Assembly: GCA_000990585.1 (NCBI GenBank)
Contig: LBQD01000003.1
Span: 15,504 to 79,503, forward strand
DNA from: Candidatus Moranbacteria bacterium GW2011_GWE2_35_2-
GTDB lineage: Bacteria > Patescibacteriota > Minisyncoccia > Moranbacterales > UBA9337
Direction of reading: 5' to 3'
Length of the DNA: 64,000 nt
The position numbers were made by a program, and so were the translations under genes. Shown here in pieces: positions 61,247-64,000 of the stretch. The stretch's first letter is position 1, and the number at the start of each line of letters is the position of its first letter. Under the pieces are notes generated by a model. That model was not told the DNA's origin. It worked only from the letters and a program-made list of their open reading frames with translations, and did no database searches.

Positions 61247-61268
61247 TATTTTTTAAAATTATTGTAAT

Positions 61269-61691
61269 ATGGCAAAGGAAATAATGACAGTTGTAAAATT
61301 GCAAGTTCAGGCAGGCAAGGCAAATCCTGCACCTCCGATCGGTCCGGCATTGGGACAGCACGGACTTAATATTGCCGATTTTTGCAGTCGCTTTAATGAG
61401 GCGACAAAAGATAGAATGGGGGATGTTATTCCGGTGGAAATTACCGTATATAGTGATCGTTCGTTTACGTTTATTATGAAAACTTCTCCGGCGGCGGATT
61501 TGCTAAAAAAAGCGGCAAAAGTTGAAAAAGGAGCCGGAAATCCTTTGAAAGATAAGGTTGGAAAAGTGACTAAAGAGCAAATTCGTGAAATTGCCGAAGC
61601 AAAAATGGAGGATTTGAATGCGGATGATGTTGAGGGTGCGATAAAAATAATCGAAGGAACAGCAAGAAGTATGGGAATCAAGGTTGAATAA
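61269..61691 (+). CDS. rplK: Ribosomal protein L11
   Basis: [27 protein letters not shown]. Confidence 0.95.
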   Translation: MAKEIMTVVKLQVQAGKANPAPPIGPALGQHGLNIADFCSRFNEATKDRMGDVIPVEITVYSDRSFTFIMKTSPAADLLKKAAKVEKGAGNPLKDKVGKVTKEQIREIAEAKMEDLNADDVEGAIKIIEGTARSMGIKVE

Positions 61692-61749
61692 TAATTTTTT
61701 AATTTGTGGGAGATTTTCTTAAAAATCATTATTACCACGAAATAATCGT

Positions 61750-62424
61750 ATGAAAAGAGGAAAAAAATATTTGGCGGGAGTTGGGAAGATTGAGAAAAAT
61801 AAAATTTATTCCGTGAGTGAAGCAGTTAGATTGGTTAAAGAAAATAAAATTGCCAGATTTGATGAATCTGTTGAGATTCATATTCGAATGGACATTGATC
61901 CGAAAAAAGGAGATCAGCAAGTTCGCGGAGCAACAGTATTGCCTCACGGAACCGGAAAAATAAAGAAAATTGCCGTAGCGACAACAATTAGAATTGATGA
62001 GGCGAAAAAGTCCGGAGCGGATATAGTTGGAGCAGAAGACTTGATTGAAAAAATAAAAGGCGGAAAAATTGAATTTGATATTTTAGTGGCAACACCGGAA
62101 ATGATGCCGAAATTAGCTCCGATTGCCAAAATATTAGGACCGAAAGGCTTGATGCCAAGTCCGAAAGCGGAAACGGTAACTGATAAAATTGCCGAAACAG
62201 TCGAGATGCTCAAAAAAGGAAAGGTGAATTTCAAGAATGATAATACTGGAAATTTGCACCAAGTAATTGGGAAAGTTTCTTTTGATGAAAAGAAGTTGGA
62301 GGAAAATTTGATTTCTTTTGTGAATGCTTTACAAAAATCCAAACCGATCGGAGTGAAAGGCAAATTTATTATTGGAATTTCTGTTTGTTCAACGATGGGA
62401 CCGGCAGTTAAAATTAGCTTGTAG
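61750..62424 (+). CDS. rplA: Ribosomal protein L1
   Basis: KRGKKYLAGVGKIEKNKIYSVSEAVRLVKE...FDESVEIHIRMDIDPKKGDQQVRG. Confidence 0.95.
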   Translation: MKRGKKYLAGVGKIEKNKIYSVSEAVRLVKENKIARFDESVEIHIRMDIDPKKGDQQVRGATVLPHGTGKIKKIAVATTIRIDEAKKSGADIVGAEDLIEKIKGGKIEFDILVATPEMMPKLAPIAKILGPKGLMPSPKAETVTDKIAETVEMLKKGKVNFKNDNTGNLHQVIGKVSFDEKKLEENLISFVNALQKSKPIGVKGKFIIGISVCSTMGPAVKISL

Positions 62425-62435
62425 TTTATAGATTT

Positions 62436-62476
62436 TTAGTGTAGTAGAATATGAGAACCTTGCTTTGTCAAGGTTC
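62436..62476 (+). terminator. Rho-independent terminator after rplA
   Basis: GAGAACCTTGctttgtCAAGGTTCTtttgtttttat. Confidence 0.7.
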
Positions 62477-62600
62477 TTTTGTTTTTATATTTTGTAATTT
62501 TGGTTGACATAAAACAGCTTATTGCCTAAAATAATATACGTGTCCGAGAATATCTTGTAAAGATATTCAAAAGGCGCTAATTATTTTTTCATTTGAAACA

Positions 62601-63161
62601 ATGACAAAAAAAAGAATTGTAATTGGGCTGGTCGGAGCAACTGGAAGCGGGAAAGATACGGTTGCCAAATATTTGAAAGAAAAATACAATGTTCAGTTAA
62701 TGAGATTTGCAGATCCCCTCAAAGAAACTCTTTCGATTTATTTCGATGAATTTTCCAAGGAAGACCAGCAGTGGCTGGCGGAAGAATTTATCAATCGTTT
62801 CGGACCGGATATTTTGCCTCGCGCTCTTCGCAAGAGAATCGATAATGGAGAGGGTGTGATTGTTGTTAATGGAGTGAGGCTCTGGGAGGATTTTCATTTT
62901 ATTAAATCATATACCAACAGTTTTATTATTTACGTAAAGCTGGATCAAAAAATTCGTTTTGAAAGAATTAAGGGTCGAGGAGAAAAGACTGATGACAATA
63001 CCCTGACTTTTGAGCAATTCCAAAAATCGGAAAATGTTACCACCGAGAAAGACGTTCCGGAAATCGGAGAAAAGGCCGATTTCATAATTGATAATAGTAA
63101 GGATCTTGAATATCTTCTTTCTGAATCGGACAAGGTGATGGAAAAAATAATGAGCGCGTAA
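62601..63161 (+). CDS. P-loop nucleotide kinase-like protein (paralog 1)
   Basis: Walker A IGLVGATGSGKDT; ~185 aa; mononucleotide-kinase-like length and lid region. Confidence 0.45.
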   Translation: MTKKRIVIGLVGATGSGKDTVAKYLKEKYNVQLMRFADPLKETLSIYFDEFSKEDQQWLAEEFINRFGPDILPRALRKRIDNGEGVIVVNGVRLWEDFHFIKSYTNSFIIYVKLDQKIRFERIKGRGEKTDDNTLTFEQFQKSENVTTEKDVPEIGEKADFIIDNSKDLEYLLSESDKVMEKIMSA

Positions 63162-63166
63162 TAAAA

Positions 63167-63709
63167 ATGCAAAAAATAATCTTTGGTCTTGCCGGAGAAG
63201 TGGCAAGTGGAAAAGGAACAGTTTCAAAATATTTACAGGAAAAGCATGGAGCAAAAGTTCGTCGTTTTTCTGATTTTTTGCGTATTACTTTGGATGCTTG
63301 GCATCTGGAGATAAAGCGAGAAAATCTCGCTAAGCTTTCTTTGATAATGCGCCAAGGTTTCGGGGAAGATGTTTTTTCTAAGGCGATAGTTCAGGGTGTT
63401 CTTGGCGACAAAGAAAATATTGTAATTGTTGATGGAATTAGAAGAATTGAGGATATTGAAGATTTGAAAAAGCTGGAAGGATTTAAGTTTGTCTATGTGG
63501 AAACGAGCTTGGAAAAAAGATACGAAAGAATAATCAAACGGGGAGAAAATTCTGATGACAAGACAAAAACTTTCGAGCAGTTCAAAAAAGACCATGAATT
63601 GGAAACTGAAGTAGGCATCAAGGAGCTCAAAACCCACGCTGATGTTATTATCGAAAATAACGGAACTCTTGAAGATCTGCAAAAACAAATTGACGAATTA
63701 GTGAAATAA
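63167..63709 (+). CDS. P-loop nucleotide kinase-like protein (paralog 2)
   Basis: Walker A FGLAGEVASGKGT. Collinear similarity to the upstream paralog (…VDGIRRIEDIEDLKKLEGFKFVYVETSLEKRYERIIKRGE… vs …VNGVRLWEDFHFIKSYTNSFIIYVKLDQKIRFERIKGRGE…). A terminator follows at 63720-63746. Confidence 0.45.
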   Translation: MQKIIFGLAGEVASGKGTVSKYLQEKHGAKVRRFSDFLRITLDAWHLEIKRENLAKLSLIMRQGFGEDVFSKAIVQGVLGDKENIVIVDGIRRIEDIEDLKKLEGFKFVYVETSLEKRYERIIKRGENSDDKTKTFEQFKKDHELETEVGIKELKTHADVIIENNGTLEDLQKQIDELVK

Positions 63710-63786
63710 TGCGAAAATAAGCCAACCAAAAACGGTTGGTTTTTAGTTACTTTAACAATAATAAATAAAAAAGAGGAGCTAGGAAA

Positions 63787-64000
63787 TGAATGGATATAAA
63801 ATAAGAACTGAATATATTCCTGCTTGTTACGAGCTTAGAGTTACCAGGACTGGCGTATGCCTTGATATGCATGAAGAAATGGTAGATTTTCTAGGGGATA
63901 CTTTGAAAGATGATTCTCCAGTGCTGAAAAGTATTAAGGAGGATAAAGGATGGAATTTTCTGTCTATTACGAGGGGTGATAATTTTGGATTTGATGGTGT
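63787..64000 (+). CDS. Hypothetical protein, 3'-partial
   Basis: ATG at 63787 preceded by aggagctagg (RBS-like). The ORF runs off the end of the window. Confidence 0.4.

Overview
This is a low-GC, gene-dense segment that looks like a Candidate Phyla Radiation (CPR)/Patescibacteria-type genome. The evidence for that is a 16S rRNA carrying GTGCCAGCAGTAGCGGTAATAC in place of the canonical 515F site, a deleted helix near E. coli position 1000, a ~150-nt ORF-less intervening sequence, no 23S gene downstream, many small housekeeping genes, and O-antigen-ligase–TPR and cohesin-type surface proteins.

Housekeeping content:
- topA, dprA, lgt, rsgA, lysS, serS, pyrG, mscL
- rplI, secE-nusG-rplK-rplA
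- tRNA-Ile and tRNA-Ala

Accessory content:
- An array of giant modular right-handed beta-helix surface proteins (1–7606 and 16906–18809). Internal modules are near-identical, and the proteins end in dockerin-like C-terminal tails.
- An AbiEii-type toxin–antitoxin-like pair inserted into that array.
- A four-helix-bundle (rRNA-IVS type) gene flanked by inverted AT-rich repeats of the same family as the 16S intervening sequence.
- A second surface-protein cluster (51822–58803) encoding cohesin-like scaffold proteins with transmembrane anchors, a protein with a tandem dockerin pair, an Fn3 protein and small secreted paralogs.
- A nucleotide house-cleaning island (MazG-like ×2, CYTH, Maf, HD, RdgB/Ham1, cytidylyltransferase) with a TrpR/YerC-like regulator flanked by two identical 31-nt palindromic sites.
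- An arsR-arsM module with a split permease.
- A Fic protein with a degenerate catalytic motif.
- Several orphan gene fragments and repeats, including a duplicated structured 16S trailer element.

The most interesting hypothesis is a cohesin–dockerin-like cell-surface assembly system: beta-helix 'cargo' proteins with dockerin tails, and membrane-anchored cohesin scaffolds. Around it the sequence shows recombining cassette-like 3' ends and a poly-T frameshift site.
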